Of a stretch of 64,000 nt of DNA, positions 12,392-23,873 are shown piece after piece. Source of the stretch: an uncultured Alphaproteobacteria bacterium (GTDB taxonomy: Bacteria; Pseudomonadota; Alphaproteobacteria; Rhizobiales; Rhodomicrobiaceae); assembly GCA_963766815.1 (NCBI GenBank), contig CAVYBZ010000025.1:12883-76882 (forward strand), given 5' to 3'. The position numbers and the translations under genes are program-made. The notes under the pieces were generated by a model. That model did no database searches, was not told where the DNA came from, and saw nothing but the letters and a program-made list of their open reading frames with translations. Position 1 is the stretch's first letter. Every line of letters starts with the position of its first letter.

Positions 12392-12772
12392 ATGTCGAAA
12401 CCGAAATTCGAGCGGCGGCTCAAGGACAACGAGGCTCAGGCGGTGGCGCGCTCGCTGCGCGTAAGCCCTCAAAAGCTGAATCTGGTCGCCCAGCTTATTC
12501 GCGGCAAAAAGGTCGACAAGGCGCTGGCCGAGCTGACTTTTTCGCACAAGCGCATCGCCAAGGATGTAAAAAAGACGTTGCAATCGGCGATAGCGAACGC
12601 AGAGAACAACCACAGCCTCGACGTCGATCAGCTCGTCGTCGCGGAAGCTTATGTGGGCAAGAATTTGGTTATGAAGCGCTTCCACACCCGCGCTCGCGGC
12701 CGTATGGGGAAAATCCTAAAGCCGTTTTCGCAACTCACCGTAGTTGTGAGAGAAGTTCAGGAGCAGGCCTAA
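12392..12772 (+). CDS. rplV: 50S ribosomal protein L22
   Basis: [16 protein letters not shown]...[10 protein letters not shown]...RARGR. Confidence 0.99.
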   Translation: MSKPKFERRLKDNEAQAVARSLRVSPQKLNLVAQLIRGKKVDKALAELTFSHKRIAKDVKKTLQSAIANAENNHSLDVDQLVVAEAYVGKNLVMKRFHTRARGRMGKILKPFSQLTVVVREVQEQA

Positions 12773-13551
12773 TGGGGCAGAAAGTCAACCCGATCGGGCT
12801 TCGGCTCGGAATTAACCGGACGTGGGACAGCCGCTGGTACGCCGATAAGGGCGAATACGGCAAGCTGCTTCACGAAGACTTCCGGATACGCGAGTTCATC
12901 CTCAAGCAGCGCCGTCAGGCCGGGATCTCCAAGGTGGTGATCGAGCGGCCGCACAAGAAATGCCGGGTGACTGTGCACACGGCAAGGCCAGGCATCCTGA
13001 TCGGCAAGAAGGGCGCGGACATCGAGAAACTGCGCACGCAGCTTGCGAAATTCACATCGTCGGAAGTCTATTTGAACATCGTCGAAGTCCGGAAGCCGGA
13101 ACTCGACGCAACACTTGCTGCCGAAGGTATCGCTCAGCAGCTTGAACGCCGCGTCGCTTTCCGCCGCGCCATGAAGCGGGCGACCCAGTCCGCGCTTCGG
13201 CTCGGCGCTCAGGGCGTCCGCATCTATGTTTCGGGCCGCCTCGGCGGCGCTGAAATTGCCCGGATGGAATGGTATTTGGATGGCCGCGTGCCGCTGCACA
13301 CGCTTCGCGCCAACATCGACTATGGCACGGCGGTGGCTGAGACCGCTTATGGCGTCATCGGCGTCAAGGTTTGGATCTTCAAGGGCGAGATCCTCGAGCA
13401 CGATCCTATGGCGCAAGAGCGGCTCTCGATGGAGAACCAGGAAGGCGGCGGTGGCGGACGTCCCGACGGGCGTCCACAGCGGCGCGATCGGGACCGTGAC
13501 CGGGGTGACCGCGGCGGCCGTGACAGGGACCGCGAAAGAGAAAAGGCGTAG
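12772..13551 (+). CDS. rpsC: 30S ribosomal protein S3
   Basis: [13 protein letters not shown] starts at ATG 12772 inside the 408-aa ORF; [17 protein letters not shown]; Arg/Asp-rich tail. Confidence 0.98.
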   Translation: MGQKVNPIGLRLGINRTWDSRWYADKGEYGKLLHEDFRIREFILKQRRQAGISKVVIERPHKKCRVTVHTARPGILIGKKGADIEKLRTQLAKFTSSEVYLNIVEVRKPELDATLAAEGIAQQLERRVAFRRAMKRATQSALRLGAQGVRIYVSGRLGGAEIARMEWYLDGRVPLHTLRANIDYGTAVAETAYGVIGVKVWIFKGEILEHDPMAQERLSMENQEGGGGGRPDGRPQRRDRDRDRGDRGGRDRDREREKA

Positions 13552-13595
13552 CCGCTTCGCCGGAATAGGCGCGGCTAAGGAACATGGTGTGAGCG

Positions 13596-14027
13596 ATGCT
13601 GCAACCGAAAAAAACAAAATTCAGGAAGGCCTTCAAGGGCCGGATGAATGGAAATGCCAAGGGCGGCACTGCGCTTAACTTTGGCAGCTTTGGCCTTAAG
13701 GCTTTGGAGCCTGAGCGCGTGACCGCGCGCCAGATCGAGGCTGCCCGTCGCGCGATCACCCGCCAAATGAAGCGCGCGGGCCGCGTGTGGATCCGGATTT
13801 TCCCGGATCTGCCAGTGTCCAAGAAGCCGACCGAAGTGCGCATGGGTAAAGGCAAGGGCTCGCCAGAATTTTGGGCCGCCCGCGTCAAGCCCGGCAAGAT
13901 CATGTTCGAGATCGATGGCGTCGGGGAAGATACAGCGCGCGAGGCGCTTCGGCTCGGGGCCGCGAAGCTGCCGATCCGCACCCGCGTCGTGACCCGTCTC
14001 GGCGAAGTCGCTGCGGCGAAAGAATAA
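13596..14027 (+). CDS. rplP: 50S ribosomal protein L16
   Basis: [11 protein letters not shown]...[12 protein letters not shown]. Confidence 0.99.
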   Translation: MLQPKKTKFRKAFKGRMNGNAKGGTALNFGSFGLKALEPERVTARQIEAARRAITRQMKRAGRVWIRIFPDLPVSKKPTEVRMGKGKGSPEFWAARVKPGKIMFEIDGVGEDTAREALRLGAAKLPIRTRVVTRLGEVAAAKE

Positions 14028-14038
14028 GCGGGGCGGCC

Positions 14039-14242
14039 ATGAACATAGAAGATATTCGCAATTATACGCTGGACCAGCTCGAGGACGAACTCATCAAGCT
14101 CAAGCGCGAGCAGTTCAATTTGCGGTTCCAGAAAGCGACCTCGCAGTTGACCAATACAGCGCGGGTCCGCGAAGTCCGGCGTACGATTGCGCGCATTAAA
14201 ACGGTCGAACGCGAGAAGCGTGTGGCCGAGCCGCAGAGCTAA
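14039..14242 (+). CDS. rpmC: 50S ribosomal protein L29
   Basis: MNIEDIRN...[11 protein letters not shown]...[10 protein letters not shown]; ATG at 14039 within ORF 13871-14242. Confidence 0.97.
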   Translation: MNIEDIRNYTLDQLEDELIKLKREQFNLRFQKATSQLTNTARVREVRRTIARIKTVEREKRVAEPQS

Positions 14243-14253
14243 GGAAGACGAAA

Positions 14254-14508
14254 ATGCCAAAGCGCGTTTTGCAGGGTGTGGTTGTCTCGGACAAGAACGA
14301 CAAGACGGTTGTTGTTCAGGTCGAGCGCCGTCTCACGCACCCGGTTCTGAAAAAGACCGTGCGCCGGACAAAGAAATATCATGCGCATGACGAGGGGAAT
14401 GCATTCCACGAGGGCGATATTGTTCGCATTCAGGAGTGTCCTCCGATCTCGAAGAATAAACGGTGGGTGGTTTTGGATCCGGTGTCTTCGCAGGCATCGT
14501 CCGAGTGA
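14254..14508 (+). CDS. rpsQ: 30S ribosomal protein S17
   Basis: [14 protein letters not shown]...KKYHAHDE...PISKNKRW. Confidence 0.99.
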   Translation: MPKRVLQGVVVSDKNDKTVVVQVERRLTHPVLKKTVRRTKKYHAHDEGNAFHEGDIVRIQECPPISKNKRWVVLDPVSSQASSE

Positions 14509-14554
14509 ATGAACGCGAGGCGGCCTCAAGCTGCTTCGCCTGAAAGGAACTACA

Positions 14555-14923
14555 ATGATACAGATGCAAACTAATCTGGATGTCGCCGACAATTCCGGCG
14601 CGCGCCGGGTCATGTGCATCAAGGTGCTTGGAGGCTCCATGCGCCGCACTGCAACCATTGGCGACGTGATCGTCGTCAGCGTGAAGGAAGCCATCCCCAA
14701 GGGCCGCGTGAAGAAGGGTCAGGTGATGAAGGCGGTTATCGTCCGCACCTCGTTTCCAGTGCGCCGCCCGGATGGCAGCGTGATCCGCTTCGACAGCAAT
14801 GCCGCCGTCCTCATCAACAATCAGCGCGAGCCGATCGGCACACGTATCTTTGGCCCTGTTCCACGTGAGCTCCGCGCCAAGCAGCACATGAAGATCATCT
14901 CGCTGGCGCCCGAGGTGCTGTGA
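14555..14923 (+). CDS. rplN: 50S ribosomal protein L14
   Basis: [16 protein letters not shown]...GTRIFGPV...SLAPEVL. Confidence 0.99.
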   Translation: MIQMQTNLDVADNSGARRVMCIKVLGGSMRRTATIGDVIVVSVKEAIPKGRVKKGQVMKAVIVRTSFPVRRPDGSVIRFDSNAAVLINNQREPIGTRIFGPVPRELRAKQHMKIISLAPEVL

Positions 14924-15249
14924 TGACGCAGCCGAAGCTCAAGGTCAAAAAAGGCGACCGCGTCGTCGTGCTCACCGGCCGCGATAAGGGAAAGCGTGGC
15001 GAAATTCTGCAGGTGATCCCCACTGAAAACCGGGCGCTGGTGCAGGGCGTGAATATCGTGCGCCGGCATCAAAAGCAGACCGGGCAGCAAGAGGGCGGCA
15101 TCATCGCGAAAGAGGCGCCAATTCACATTTCAAATATCGCGGTGGAAGACCCGGCGGATGGGTCGCCGTCGCGGGTCGGATATAAATTCACAGATGATGG
15201 GCGCAAGGTCAGGTTCGCAAAGCGCTCAGGCGAGACGATCGATGACTAA
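14923..15249 (+). CDS. rplX: 50S ribosomal protein L24
   Basis: [20 protein letters not shown]...KEAPIHISN. Confidence 0.98.
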   Translation: MTQPKLKVKKGDRVVVLTGRDKGKRGEILQVIPTENRALVQGVNIVRRHQKQTGQQEGGIIAKEAPIHISNIAVEDPADGSPSRVGYKFTDDGRKVRFAKRSGETIDD

Positions 15250-15815
15250 GACAGCGCAAAGCTCAAATGGCTACGTGCCCCGCCTCAAGACCCGGTATCT
15301 TGAGGTTGTGCGGCCCGCGATGCTGAAGGAATTCAAGTACTCCAACCCGATGCGGGTTCCGGAGATCGAGAAGGTCGTGCTCAACATGGGCATCGGTGAG
15401 GCCACAGCTGACCGCAAGAAGGTCGAGCAGGCGGCGCGCGATATGACGTCTGATCGCCGGGCAGAAACCTGTCATGACGAAAGCCCGCAAATCGATCGCC
15501 GGATTCAAGCTGCGCGACAACATGGCGATCGGCTGCAAGGTTACGCTTCGCAAGGCGCGCATGTACGAGTTTCTCGACCGGCTTGTAACAATTGCTTTGC
15601 CGCGCGTGAAAGACTTTCGCGGCCTGAACCCAAAAAGCTTCGATGGCCGCGGCAACTACGCGCTTGGCATCAAGGAGCACATCATTTTCCCCGAGATCGA
15701 CTACGACAAGGTCGAGCAAATCTGGGGCATGGACATCATCGTATGCACGTCGGCCAAAACGGATGACGAGGCTCGCGCGCTTTTGAAACAATTCAACTTC
15801 CCCTTCCGGCAATAG
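15242..15815 (+). CDS. rplE: 50S ribosomal protein L5 (apparent +1 frameshift near 15449, probably a sequencing error)
   Basis: N-half (PRLKTRY...KVVLNMGIG) and C-half ([13 protein letters not shown]...DFRGL) lie in different frames; removing one base at 15448-15450 restores ...[17 protein letters not shown] and a 190-aa L5. Confidence 0.95.
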
Positions 15816-15835
15816 GGCGAGGCGGAGGAGAGACT

Positions 15836-16141
15836 ATGGCCAAGACAGGCATGATCGAGCGGAATAACAAGCGGCGGCGGCTTAGCGCCAGAGACGCCGA
15901 GAAACGCTCGGCGCTGAAAGAGACCGCGAACAATAAAGATCTGCCCATGGAAGAGCGCTTTGCGGCTCGCCTCAAGCTCGCGCAGCTTCCGAGGAATGGG
16001 TCGCCAACTCGCGTTCGCAACCGCTGCGAGGTTACGGGCCGTCCACGGGGCTTTTACCGCAAGATGAAGATGTCGCGGATCGCGCTTCGCGAGTTGGGCA
16101 ATCAGGGGCTTATCCCCGGTTTGGTGAAATCGAGCTGGTAG
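15836..16141 (+). CDS. rpsN: 30S ribosomal protein S14 (101-aa zinc-independent type)
   Basis: [22 protein letters not shown]...IPGLVKSSW. Confidence 0.98.
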   Translation: MAKTGMIERNNKRRRLSARDAEKRSALKETANNKDLPMEERFAARLKLAQLPRNGSPTRVRNRCEVTGRPRGFYRKMKMSRIALRELGNQGLIPGLVKSSW

Positions 16142-16153
16142 GGATCACAAATC

Positions 16154-16552
16154 ATGACGTTGTCCGATCCACTGGGCGATATGCTGACACGGATTCGTAA
16201 TGCGCAGATGCGCAACCGGTCTAAGGTTTCAACGCCGGCCTCAAAACTGCGCGCTCGCGTCCTCGATGTTCTGAGAGAAGAGGGCTACATTCGCGGATAT
16301 GCGGAAATCGAGTATGGCGGCGGCAAGACCGAGTTTGAAATCGAACTCAAATATTATGACGGCTCGCCCGTTATCCGCGATATCAAGCGCGTTTCTACGC
16401 CGGGACGCCGGGTTTATTCGAGCGTCCAGGATCTGCCGACCATCGCCAACGGTCTTGGCGTCGCCATTCTGTCCACGCCGAAAGGCGTGATGTCGGATAC
16501 GCGCGCCCGGGCCGAGAACGTCGGCGGCGAAATTTTATGCAGCGTGTTCTAG
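16154..16552 (+). CDS. rpsH: 30S ribosomal protein S8
   Basis: [13 protein letters not shown]...[10 protein letters not shown]...LSTPKGVM. Confidence 0.99.
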   Translation: MTLSDPLGDMLTRIRNAQMRNRSKVSTPASKLRARVLDVLREEGYIRGYAEIEYGGGKTEFEIELKYYDGSPVIRDIKRVSTPGRRVYSSVQDLPTIANGLGVAILSTPKGVMSDTRARAENVGGEILCSVF

Positions 16553-16636
16553 GCTAGTTCGAGGCGCGCCGCTTTGTTTTCTTGGATGGCTGCAACGCGG
16601 CCATCGCAGCAGGAATGAAGAAGAAGGTTTTGGACG

Positions 16637-17170
16637 ATGTCCCGAATTGGCAAGAAACCGATACCTGTGCCGAAAAACGTGACGGCGGCGGTTGACGGAC
16701 AAAAAGTGACGGTGAAAGGCCCGAAGGGCCAGCTTTCACTCACCCTCATCGATGATGTGGAGGTGAAGCTCGAAGATGGAGCGATCACAGTGATGCCGCG
16801 CACCGACACGAAACGCGCGCGCTCCATGTGGGGCATGTCGCGTTCGCTGGTCGAGAATCTGGTGAAGGGAACGACGAACGGGTTTACCCGCACGCTCGAA
16901 ATCACCGGCGTCGGTTATCGCGCCGCTATGGACGGGAAGTCGCTGAAGCTGCAGCTCGGCTATAGCCACGATGTATTCTATCCGGTGCCGGATGGCATCT
17001 CGATTGTGGTGCCGAAGCCGACGGAAATCACGATTTCCGGTATCGAGAAGGACAAGGTTGGACAGGTTGCTGCGGAAATACGCGGATTTCGCGGACCGGA
17101 GCCTTACAAGGGCAAGGGCATCCGCTATCAAGGCGAATACATCCAGCGCAAAGAAGGCAAGAAAAAGTAG
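16637..17170 (+). CDS. rplF: 50S ribosomal protein L6
   Basis: MSRIGKKPI...GVGYRA...[11 protein letters not shown]. Confidence 0.99.
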   Translation: MSRIGKKPIPVPKNVTAAVDGQKVTVKGPKGQLSLTLIDDVEVKLEDGAITVMPRTDTKRARSMWGMSRSLVENLVKGTTNGFTRTLEITGVGYRAAMDGKSLKLQLGYSHDVFYPVPDGISIVVPKPTEITISGIEKDKVGQVAAEIRGFRGPEPYKGKGIRYQGEYIQRKEGKKK

Positions 17171-17179
17171 GGACGAACA

Positions 17180-17542
17180 ATGGCCTCCACGCTCTCCAGT
17201 TTCGATCGCCGCAAGGCGCGTGTGCGCCGGAGTTTGCGGCGCGCGCAGGGCGACCGCCCGCGGTTGTCTGTATTTCGCTCGTCGAAGCATATCTACGCCC
17301 AGATCATCGACGACGCCAAAGGCTATACGGTTGCGGCGGCTTCGAGCATCGATACCGAGCTGAAGGGCAGCCTTGCGAAGGGGACGGATGTCGCCGCTGC
17401 TGCGCAAGTCGGTAAACTTCTCGCCGAACGGGCGCAGAAGGCCGGCATCAAGGATGTGGTCTTCGATCGCGGAGGCTATATCTATCACGGACGCATCAAG
17501 GCGCTCGCCGATGCGGCGCGCGAAGCAGGTTTAAATTTTTAA
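17180..17542 (+). CDS. rplR: 50S ribosomal protein L18
   Basis: [20 protein letters not shown]...[16 protein letters not shown]. Confidence 0.99.
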   Translation: MASTLSSFDRRKARVRRSLRRAQGDRPRLSVFRSSKHIYAQIIDDAKGYTVAAASSIDTELKGSLAKGTDVAAAAQVGKLLAERAQKAGIKDVVFDRGGYIYHGRIKALADAAREAGLNF

Positions 17543-17587
17543 GGGACGGCTCAGGCTCGGGCTTGAGAAGAAGGAAAGGGTAGGCTC

Positions 17588-18171
17588 GTGGCTCGAGAAC
17601 CACATAGCAGAGGCAGGGAACGGGACCGCGACGATCGCGACAGCGAGTTCGTCGACAAACTCGTTCACATCAACCGCGTCGCCAAAGTGGTGAAGGGCGG
17701 CCGCCGCTTCGGGTTTGCGGCGCTTGTCGTTGTCGGCGATCAGAAGGGCCGGGTCGGCTTTGGCCATGGTAAGGCGCGCGAAGTGCCGGATGCGATCAAG
17801 AAAGCTACAGATTCGGCGAAACGCAATCTGATCCGCGTTCCCCTGCGCGAAGGCCGCACGCTCCATCACGATGTCCACGGCCATCATGGCGCGGGTAAGG
17901 TATTTTTGCGCGCGGCTCCTCCCGGAACGGGGATCATTGCGGGAGGTCCAATGCGCGCGGTGTTCGAGACGCTTGGCGTGCAGGATGTCGTCGCGAAGTC
18001 TATCGGCACCTCGAATCCCTACAATATGGTGCGCGCAACATTTGACGCGCTTAAGCACGAGGATAGCCCGCGGGGCGTCGCTGCGCGCCGTGGCAAAAAA
18101 GTGAGCGAGATCGTAACCCGCCGGCGCGATGGCGCCAGGGCGCCGCGGCCGCCCAGCCGGCCGAAGCGTAA
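17588..18171 (+). CDS. rpsE: 30S ribosomal protein S5 (apparent -1 indel near 18136; probable true stop TAA 18169-18171)
   Basis: [16 protein letters not shown]...GTGIIAGG; adding one base in GCCAGGG gives ...DGA(Q/E)[10 protein letters not shown] and removes the overlap with rpmD. Confidence 0.93.
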
Positions 18172-18186
18172 GGGAGCGAAGAAGCG

Positions 18187-18413
18187 ATGCCGAAGAATCG
18201 ACCAAGAAGACGCTCACCATTGAACAGGTCGGCAGCCCGATCCGCAGGCCTTACGACCAGCGCGAGACGTTGATCGGACTCGGCTTGAACAAAATGCACC
18301 GCCGCAAAGTGGTGGCCGACAATCCGGCCATTCGCGGCATGATCAACAAAATTCCGCATCTCGTCCGCGTCGTCGAAGAAAACGGCGTTCCGGTGGATGT
18401 TAAGAAACGATAA
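18187..18413 (+). CDS. rpmD: 50S ribosomal protein L30 (start codon out of frame by one missing G)
   Basis: [14 protein letters not shown]...LIGLGLNKM...[10 protein letters not shown]; AGGGAG RBS at 18171-18176 and ATG at 18187; ATG(G)CC would give MAEESTKK. Confidence 0.93.
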
Positions 18414-18446
18414 GGGAAGCGCTCGGCGCGGCCCGGGGACGAAATC

Positions 18447-18998
18447 ATGAAGCTGAATGACTTGAGAGATAATCCAGGCGCAACGAAAGACCGCATTCGT
18501 GTCGGCCGGGGTATCGGATCCGGCAAGGGGAAGACAGCGGGCCGAGGCGTAAAGGGTCAGAAAGCGCGCTCGGGCGTCGCCATCAAAGGCTTCGAGGGCG
18601 GCCAGATGCCGATCCACATGCGCCTTCCGAAACGCGGCTTCAATAATCCGCTGCGGCTGAATTTTGTGCACATCAATCTCGACCGCGTTCAGGATGCCAT
18701 CAACTCCGGCAAGCTCGATGCGGCGGCGGTGATCGATGCGAAGGCCCTTGTCGCTTCCGGCGCGCTTCGGCGCGAGCGGGACGGCGTCCGGCTCCTCGCC
18801 CGTGGCGCCGTGAAAGCAAAGCTGAATTTCAAGGTGGCGAAGGCTTCCGAGGCGGCGGTCAAGGCGATCGAGGCTGCCGGCGGCGCCGTTGAGATTCTGC
18901 TGCCGCGAGAGGATCGCTTGGCAGGCGACGGGAAACGCGCCGTCCGCCGCCGCGCGGCTCAAGCCAAGCGCGAAAGCCGCCAGCCAAAAGCCGAATAA
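18447..18998 (+). CDS. rplO: 50S ribosomal protein L15
   Basis: [24 protein letters not shown]...FEGGQMP...LPKRGF. Confidence 0.99.
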   Translation: MKLNDLRDNPGATKDRIRVGRGIGSGKGKTAGRGVKGQKARSGVAIKGFEGGQMPIHMRLPKRGFNNPLRLNFVHINLDRVQDAINSGKLDAAAVIDAKALVASGALRRERDGVRLLARGAVKAKLNFKVAKASEAAVKAIEAAGGAVEILLPREDRLAGDGKRAVRRRAAQAKRESRQPKAE

Positions 18999-19127
18999 CG
19001 GGGGATCCATGGGGCCGCACCTTTTTGGGCCGTTGAGTTTATAGTACGATAACTACCGAGGCACACCCGCCCAGACGCTCCCGCCGCCCACCGGGCCGGA
19101 ACAGCGCCGCAGACCGGAGTCGCAGTC

Positions 19128-20450
19128 ATGGTTTCCGCAGCGGAACAGTTAGCCGCTAATCTCAAATTCTCAACGTTCGCGAAGGCTGACGAGCTCAAGC
19201 AGCGCCTTCTGTTTACGCTTGGCGCTTTGCTGATTTACCGGCTTGGCACGTTCATTCCGATTCCGGGGATCGACACGGCGAACCTTGCGAAGTTGTTCGC
19301 GGGAAATCCGAATTCTGTTTTCGGAATGTTGAACGTCTTTTCCGGCGGCGCGCTGTCACGCTCCGCGATCTTCCTTCTGAACATCATGCCGTACATCACG
19401 GCGTCCATTATAATTCAGCTTTTGACGTCTGTGGTGCCCACGCTTGAGACACTGCGGAAAGAGGGGGAGTTGGGCCGGAAGCAGTTGAACCAATATACGC
19501 GGTATCTCACAGTGGCGATCGCCACTGTGCAGTCGACGCTGACTGCGCAAGGGTTGAACAGTTCCGCCGTGGAACCCGGCTGGTTCTTCCAGCTTACGAC
19601 CGTGATTTCGCTCGTCGGTGGCACGATGTTCCTGGTTTGGCTTGGCGAGCAGATCACGGCGCGCGGCATTGGCAACGGCTCGTCCCTTATTATCTTCGCC
19701 GGCATCGTCGCGGAAATGCCGACGGCTCTTTACCGCATCTTGGAGCAGGGACGCAGCGGCGTGCTTTCGCCAGCCGTCATTCTCGGGCTGTTCGTGATGA
19801 TGATTGCGGTCATTACCGTCGTGGTGTTTTTCGAGCGGGCGCAGCGGCGGCTTACTATTCAATATCCGAAGCGCCAAGTTGGCAATCGCCTATTCCAGGG
19901 CGACAGCTCACACCTTCCGCTCAAGCTTAATGCTTCGGGCGTCATTCCGCCCATCTTTGCATCGACGCTCTTATATCTTCCGGCGACAGTCCAGCAGTTT
20001 GTCGGAAGAGGATCCGACCAGCTGACCAGCGTGCTTGCGCTTTTGGGGCCGGGGCAGCCTCTGCATGTTCTCTTCTACATCGCGCTGATCGTGTTTTTCT
20101 GCTTCTTTTATACCCCTATCGTGATCAATCCGCAGGAGACGGCGGATAACCTCAAGAAGTATGGCGGCTTTATTCCAGGCATCAGGCCTGGACCGCGCAC
20201 TGCAGAATATATCGAATATATTCTGAATAGAATCACCTTGATCGGCGCGGCCTACGTCTCCGTCGTTTGCATACTCCCGGAAATCTTGTCATATCAGATG
20301 CAGGCCCCCTTCTATTTTGGCGGCACTTCGCTTCTCATCGTTGTGAGCGTGACGATGGACACCGTGGCTCAAGTGCAAAGTCACCTGCTTGCGCATCAAT
20401 ATGAGGGGCTGATCAAAAAAGCGAAGTTGAGGGGAGCGAAGCGCCGATGA
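19128..20450 (+). CDS. secY: Preprotein translocase subunit SecY
   Basis: IMPYITASIIIQLL, GIGNGSSLIIF, FIPGIRPG, FGGTSLLIVV. Confidence 0.99.
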   Translation: MVSAAEQLAANLKFSTFAKADELKQRLLFTLGALLIYRLGTFIPIPGIDTANLAKLFAGNPNSVFGMLNVFSGGALSRSAIFLLNIMPYITASIIIQLLTSVVPTLETLRKEGELGRKQLNQYTRYLTVAIATVQSTLTAQGLNSSAVEPGWFFQLTTVISLVGGTMFLVWLGEQITARGIGNGSSLIIFAGIVAEMPTALYRILEQGRSGVLSPAVILGLFVMMIAVITVVVFFERAQRRLTIQYPKRQVGNRLFQGDSSHLPLKLNASGVIPPIFASTLLYLPATVQQFVGRGSDQLTSVLALLGPGQPLHVLFYIALIVFFCFFYTPIVINPQETADNLKKYGGFIPGIRPGPRTAEYIEYILNRITLIGAAYVSVVCILPEILSYQMQAPFYFGGTSLLIVVSVTMDTVAQVQSHLLAHQYEGLIKKAKLRGAKRR

Positions 20451-21103
20451 ACATCATTCTGTTGGGGCCGCCCGGTGCTGGAAAAGGCACTCAGTCCAAG
20501 CACCTGGAAGATCGATTCCACCTCAAGCAACTCTCCTCGGGCGACATGCTCCGTCACGCGGTTGCGATAGGCAGCGAGGTTGGCCTTGTCGCTAAGTCTT
20601 ATATGGAGAGTGGTCAGCTCGTTCCCGATGATGTGGTGGTTGGGGTGGTGTTCGAGACAATCGACGCTCTGCCCGATGATTTACCGGGCTTTGTTTTGGA
20701 CGGCTTCCCCCGGACGGTTCAGCAGGCGACCGAGCTTGATGACCTTTTGAAAAGTCATGAGAAAAGCATCGGCGCTGTGATCGTCGTTGAAGTTAACGAT
20801 GATAAGCTCATCAAACGCATCGCCGGACGTTTTACCTGCGCGAATTGCGGGGAGAGCTATAACGATTTCTTCCGGCTTCCCAAGGTTGAAGGCGTTTGCG
20901 AGCGTTGTGGGAGCACGGCGTTCAAACGGCGGTCCGACGACAATCCCGAAACGGTTAGCGCCCGTCTCGATGTCTACCATCAACAAACGAAGCCTTTGGC
21001 CGATTATTATCGGTCCAAGGGTAAGCTCCATGTCATTGACGGCGAGCTTTCTATCGAAGAGGTAACGCGTCATATCGACGATATTGTGGAAGGGAAACGC
21101 TGA
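20447..21103 (+). CDS. adk: Adenylate kinase (long type, four-Cys LID)
   Basis: GPPGAGKGTQ, LDGFPRT, RSDDNPE; LID with CANC...CERC. Confidence 0.98.
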   Translation: MNIILLGPPGAGKGTQSKHLEDRFHLKQLSSGDMLRHAVAIGSEVGLVAKSYMESGQLVPDDVVVGVVFETIDALPDDLPGFVLDGFPRTVQQATELDDLLKSHEKSIGAVIVVEVNDDKLIKRIAGRFTCANCGESYNDFFRLPKVEGVCERCGSTAFKRRSDDNPETVSARLDVYHQQTKPLADYYRSKGKLHVIDGELSIEEVTRHIDDIVEGKR

Positions 21104-21171
21104 GCTGCGGCTTCCTGGCATCCATCGAGAGCTTAATGACGGCTGCACTGTGGCCGTTTGTAGAACGCGGC

Positions 21172-21200
21172 TGGACTTATCTGCAAAGGGTGATTATATA
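21172..21200 (+). promoter_or_regulatory. Putative sigma70 promoter of the alpha operon
   Basis: TGGACT (21172-21177), 17-nt spacer, TATATA (21195-21200), upstream of rpsM. Confidence 0.5.
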
Positions 21201-21317
21201 CCGCCTTTAGCTCATGATCTGCGGCGGTCCGGAGGGAAAAGCCTCCCGGAGGCCGTTGTTTTATTTTGGTGTGAGCGGGCACTCGCTCCAACTTAGCTTA
21301 AACACGACGAGGACCAC

Positions 21318-21686
21318 GTGGCACGTATAGCGGGTGTGAACATCCCTTCTAATAAGCGCGTTGAGATCGGCCTTCGCTACATTCACGGGATAGGCCCGCG
21401 TTTCGCGAAAGAAATCTGCGAAAAGGTCAATATTCCAACGGCTCGGCGAGTCAACGAGCTGACGGATGCTGAAGTTCTGCAGATACGCGAAGTTATCGAC
21501 CGTGACTATGCGGTGGAAGGCGACCTTCGCCGCGAAGTTGCGATGAACATCAAACGGCTGATGGATTTGGGCTGCTATCGCGGACTTCGGCATCGCCGCG
21601 GGCTCCCGGTTCGCGGCCAGCGGACGCATACAAATGCACGGACTCGGAAAGGCCCGGCCAAGCCTATCGCCGGTAAGAAGAAATAG
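21318..21686 (+). CDS. rpsM: 30S ribosomal protein S13
   Basis: ARIAGVNIP...[27 protein letters not shown]. Confidence 0.99.
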   Translation: MARIAGVNIPSNKRVEIGLRYIHGIGPRFAKEICEKVNIPTARRVNELTDAEVLQIREVIDRDYAVEGDLRREVAMNIKRLMDLGCYRGLRHRRGLPVRGQRTHTNARTRKGPAKPIAGKKK

Positions 21687-21724
21687 AGCGTGGCTCTTTA
21701 GCGTCGAGATTTAGGATTTAGACG

Positions 21725-22114
21725 ATGGCGAAGGAAAAGGCGCGCGTTAAGCGCCGCGAAAAGAAGAACATTGCATCCGGCGTTGCGCATGTGAATGCGA
21801 GCTTCAACAACACGATGATCACCATCACGGATGCCCAGGGCAACGCGATCTCGTGGTCGTCTTCCGGCGCGATGGGCTTCAAGGGCTCAAGAAAATCGAC
21901 TCCGTACGCCGCTCAGGTTGCGGCTGAGGACGCTGGGCGCAAAGCGCAGGAACATGGCATGCGCACCATAGAAATCGAAGTGAGCGGTCCGGGCTCCGGG
22001 CGCGAATCTGCTCTGCGCGCATTGCAAGCCTGCGGTTTTCAAGTGACTTCGATCCGCGATGTCACCCCCATCCCGCACAATGGCTGCCGCCCGCGGAAGC
22101 GGCGCCGGGTCTAA
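21725..22114 (+). CDS. rpsK: 30S ribosomal protein S11
   Basis: [12 protein letters not shown]...RKSTPYAAQ...[12 protein letters not shown]. Confidence 0.99.
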   Translation: MAKEKARVKRREKKNIASGVAHVNASFNNTMITITDAQGNAISWSSSGAMGFKGSRKSTPYAAQVAAEDAGRKAQEHGMRTIEIEVSGPGSGRESALRALQACGFQVTSIRDVTPIPHNGCRPRKRRRV

Positions 22115-22252
22115 AGAGAAACTCGCTATCTGGGATGTGGAAACAAGAAGCTGCAACTTTTTGTATTCCCAATGGGCCGGCCGCAAGGCCGGTGACGAAA
22201 TAAGCAGACATTCCTTGGCTAGCCGACGAATGCCAGCTTAGTGTCTTTTGTT

Positions 22253-22304
22253 TTCGCAGAGTTTTCCCCAAGACCGGATCGGCGCCTTTGGGAACTCTGC
22301 TTAG
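22253..22304. repeat. Short palindromic intergenic repeat, family B, copy 1
   Basis: GCAGAGTTTTCCCCA...GATCGGCGCC...TGGGAACTCTGCTTAG; GCAGAGTT/AACTCTGC arms; related copy at 54239-54318. Confidence 0.55.
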
Positions 22305-22382
22305 GGGGGCTCGAAGCAAGCCTCCGGCGTTATCAAGCGATCGCGGCGACCTGCATATACGCCGCCGTATAAGGAAAGAAAA

Positions 22383-23399
22383 GTGCTTAACAAGAATTGG
22401 CAGGATCTGATTAAGCCGGGAAAGATTAACGTTCTCACCGGCGCTAATCCGAAATATATCGCGTCCATTGTGGCCGAGCCGCTAGAGCGTGGGTTCGGGC
22501 TTACGCTGGGCAATGCGCTGCGCCGCGTTCTGCTTTCCTCTCTTCAGGGCGGAGCCGTCACAACGGTACACATCGACGGCGTCCTTCACGAGTTCTCGTC
22601 CATTCCGGGCGTGCGCGAGGATGTGACGGACATCGTTCTCAATATCAAGGATATCGCGCTGCGGATTCATTCGGACGGCGTGAAGCGCATGGTGCTTCGA
22701 AAAGAAGGGCCGGGAGTCGCTCGCGCCCGCGATATCGACGCTGGACCGGATGTTGAAATTCTTAATCCGGACTTGGTGATTTGCACGCTCGACGAGGGCG
22801 CCACCGTGCGCATGGAGCTGACGGCGACCATCGGCAAGGGCTATGTCCCCGCCGAGCGGAACCGCCCCGACGACGCTCCGATCGGGCTTATTCCCGTGGA
22901 TAGCCTTTACAGTCCGGTCAAGAAGGTCTCCTACAAAATCGCCAATACGCGCGAAGGCCAAATCCTTGACTATGACAAGCTGACGCTTGAGGTTGAGACA
23001 AACGGCGCCGTCTCGCCCGAGGATTCGGTCGCGCTTGCTGCGCGCATCATTCAAGATCAGCTTTCGATCTTCGTCAACTTTGAAGAGCCGCGCAAGGAAG
23101 TCTCCGAGGAGCGTATTCCCCAACTTGAGTTCAATGCGGCGCTGCTTAAAAAGGTCGACGAGCTTGAACTGTCGGTGCGCTCGGCCAACTGCCTTAAGAA
23201 CGACAATATCGTCTATATCGGCGATCTCATTCAGAAGACTGAGGCGGAGATGTTGCGCACTCCGAATTTCGGGCGTAAGTCGCTGAACGAAATTAAAGAG
23301 GTGCTGGCTGGTATGGGGCTGCATCTTGGCATGGAAGTCCCGAATTGGCCGCCAGAGAACATCGAAGAGCTGGCGAAGCAATTCGAGGACCATTATTGA
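22383..23399 (+). CDS. rpoA: RNA polymerase alpha subunit
   Basis: [47 protein letters not shown]. Confidence 0.99.
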   Translation: MLNKNWQDLIKPGKINVLTGANPKYIASIVAEPLERGFGLTLGNALRRVLLSSLQGGAVTTVHIDGVLHEFSSIPGVREDVTDIVLNIKDIALRIHSDGVKRMVLRKEGPGVARARDIDAGPDVEILNPDLVICTLDEGATVRMELTATIGKGYVPAERNRPDDAPIGLIPVDSLYSPVKKVSYKIANTREGQILDYDKLTLEVETNGAVSPEDSVALAARIIQDQLSIFVNFEEPRKEVSEERIPQLEFNAALLKKVDELELSVRSANCLKNDNIVYIGDLIQKTEAEMLRTPNFGRKSLNEIKEVLAGMGLHLGMEVPNWPPENIEELAKQFEDHY

Positions 23400-23456
23400 T
23401 TGAGGTTTGAATTCCCGCGGCGCTCAATGGGCGCAGCGGCCTTTGAGGGCGAGACA

Positions 23457-23873
23457 ATGCGTCACCGTAGATCCGGCCGTAAGTTCAACCGCACGGCAAG
23501 CCATCGCCAGGCCATGTTCGCGAACATGGCCGCCGCGCTCGTCAAGCACGAGCAAATCGTCACAACCCTTCCCAAGGCGAAAGATCTGCGGGGCGTGGTC
23601 GAAGCTCTCATTACCCTCGCCAAGCGTGGCGATCTCCATGCCCGCCGCGTAGTCGCGTCGCGCCTCCGCGATGACGCAACCGTTGCGAAGCTTTTCGAAA
23701 CGCTAGGCCCCCGCTATCATGACCGGCCCGGCGGCTATACCCGCGTCCTCAAGGCGGGCTTCCGCTATGGCGACAACGCGCCTCTCGCCGTGATCGAACT
23801 CGTGGATCGCGATGAAACCGCCAAGGGCCGGGATTCCGGTCCAGTCGAAGACGAGGCAAGTGCTGCGGCTTAG
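23457..23873 (+). CDS. rplQ: 50S ribosomal protein L17
   Basis: [20 protein letters not shown]...[10 protein letters not shown]; ATG at 23457. Confidence 0.99.
   Translation: MRHRRSGRKFNRTASHRQAMFANMAAALVKHEQIVTTLPKAKDLRGVVEALITLAKRGDLHARRVVASRLRDDATVAKLFETLGPRYHDRPGGYTRVLKAGFRYGDNAPLAVIELVDRDETAKGRDSGPVEDEASAAA

Noticed and set aside
12325-13551. 408-aa ORF suggesting an N-terminally extended S3
   Set aside because: The upstream part is an alternative frame over rpsS/rplV; the canonical S3 start is at 12772.
15242-18413. Programmed frameshifting or pseudogenisation of rplE, rpsE and rpmD; apparent rpsE C-terminal extension or fusion with rpmD
   Set aside because: These are essential genes, no slippery sequences are present, and each is repaired by a single base; similar lesions are scattered across the window, so sequencing error is more parsimonious.
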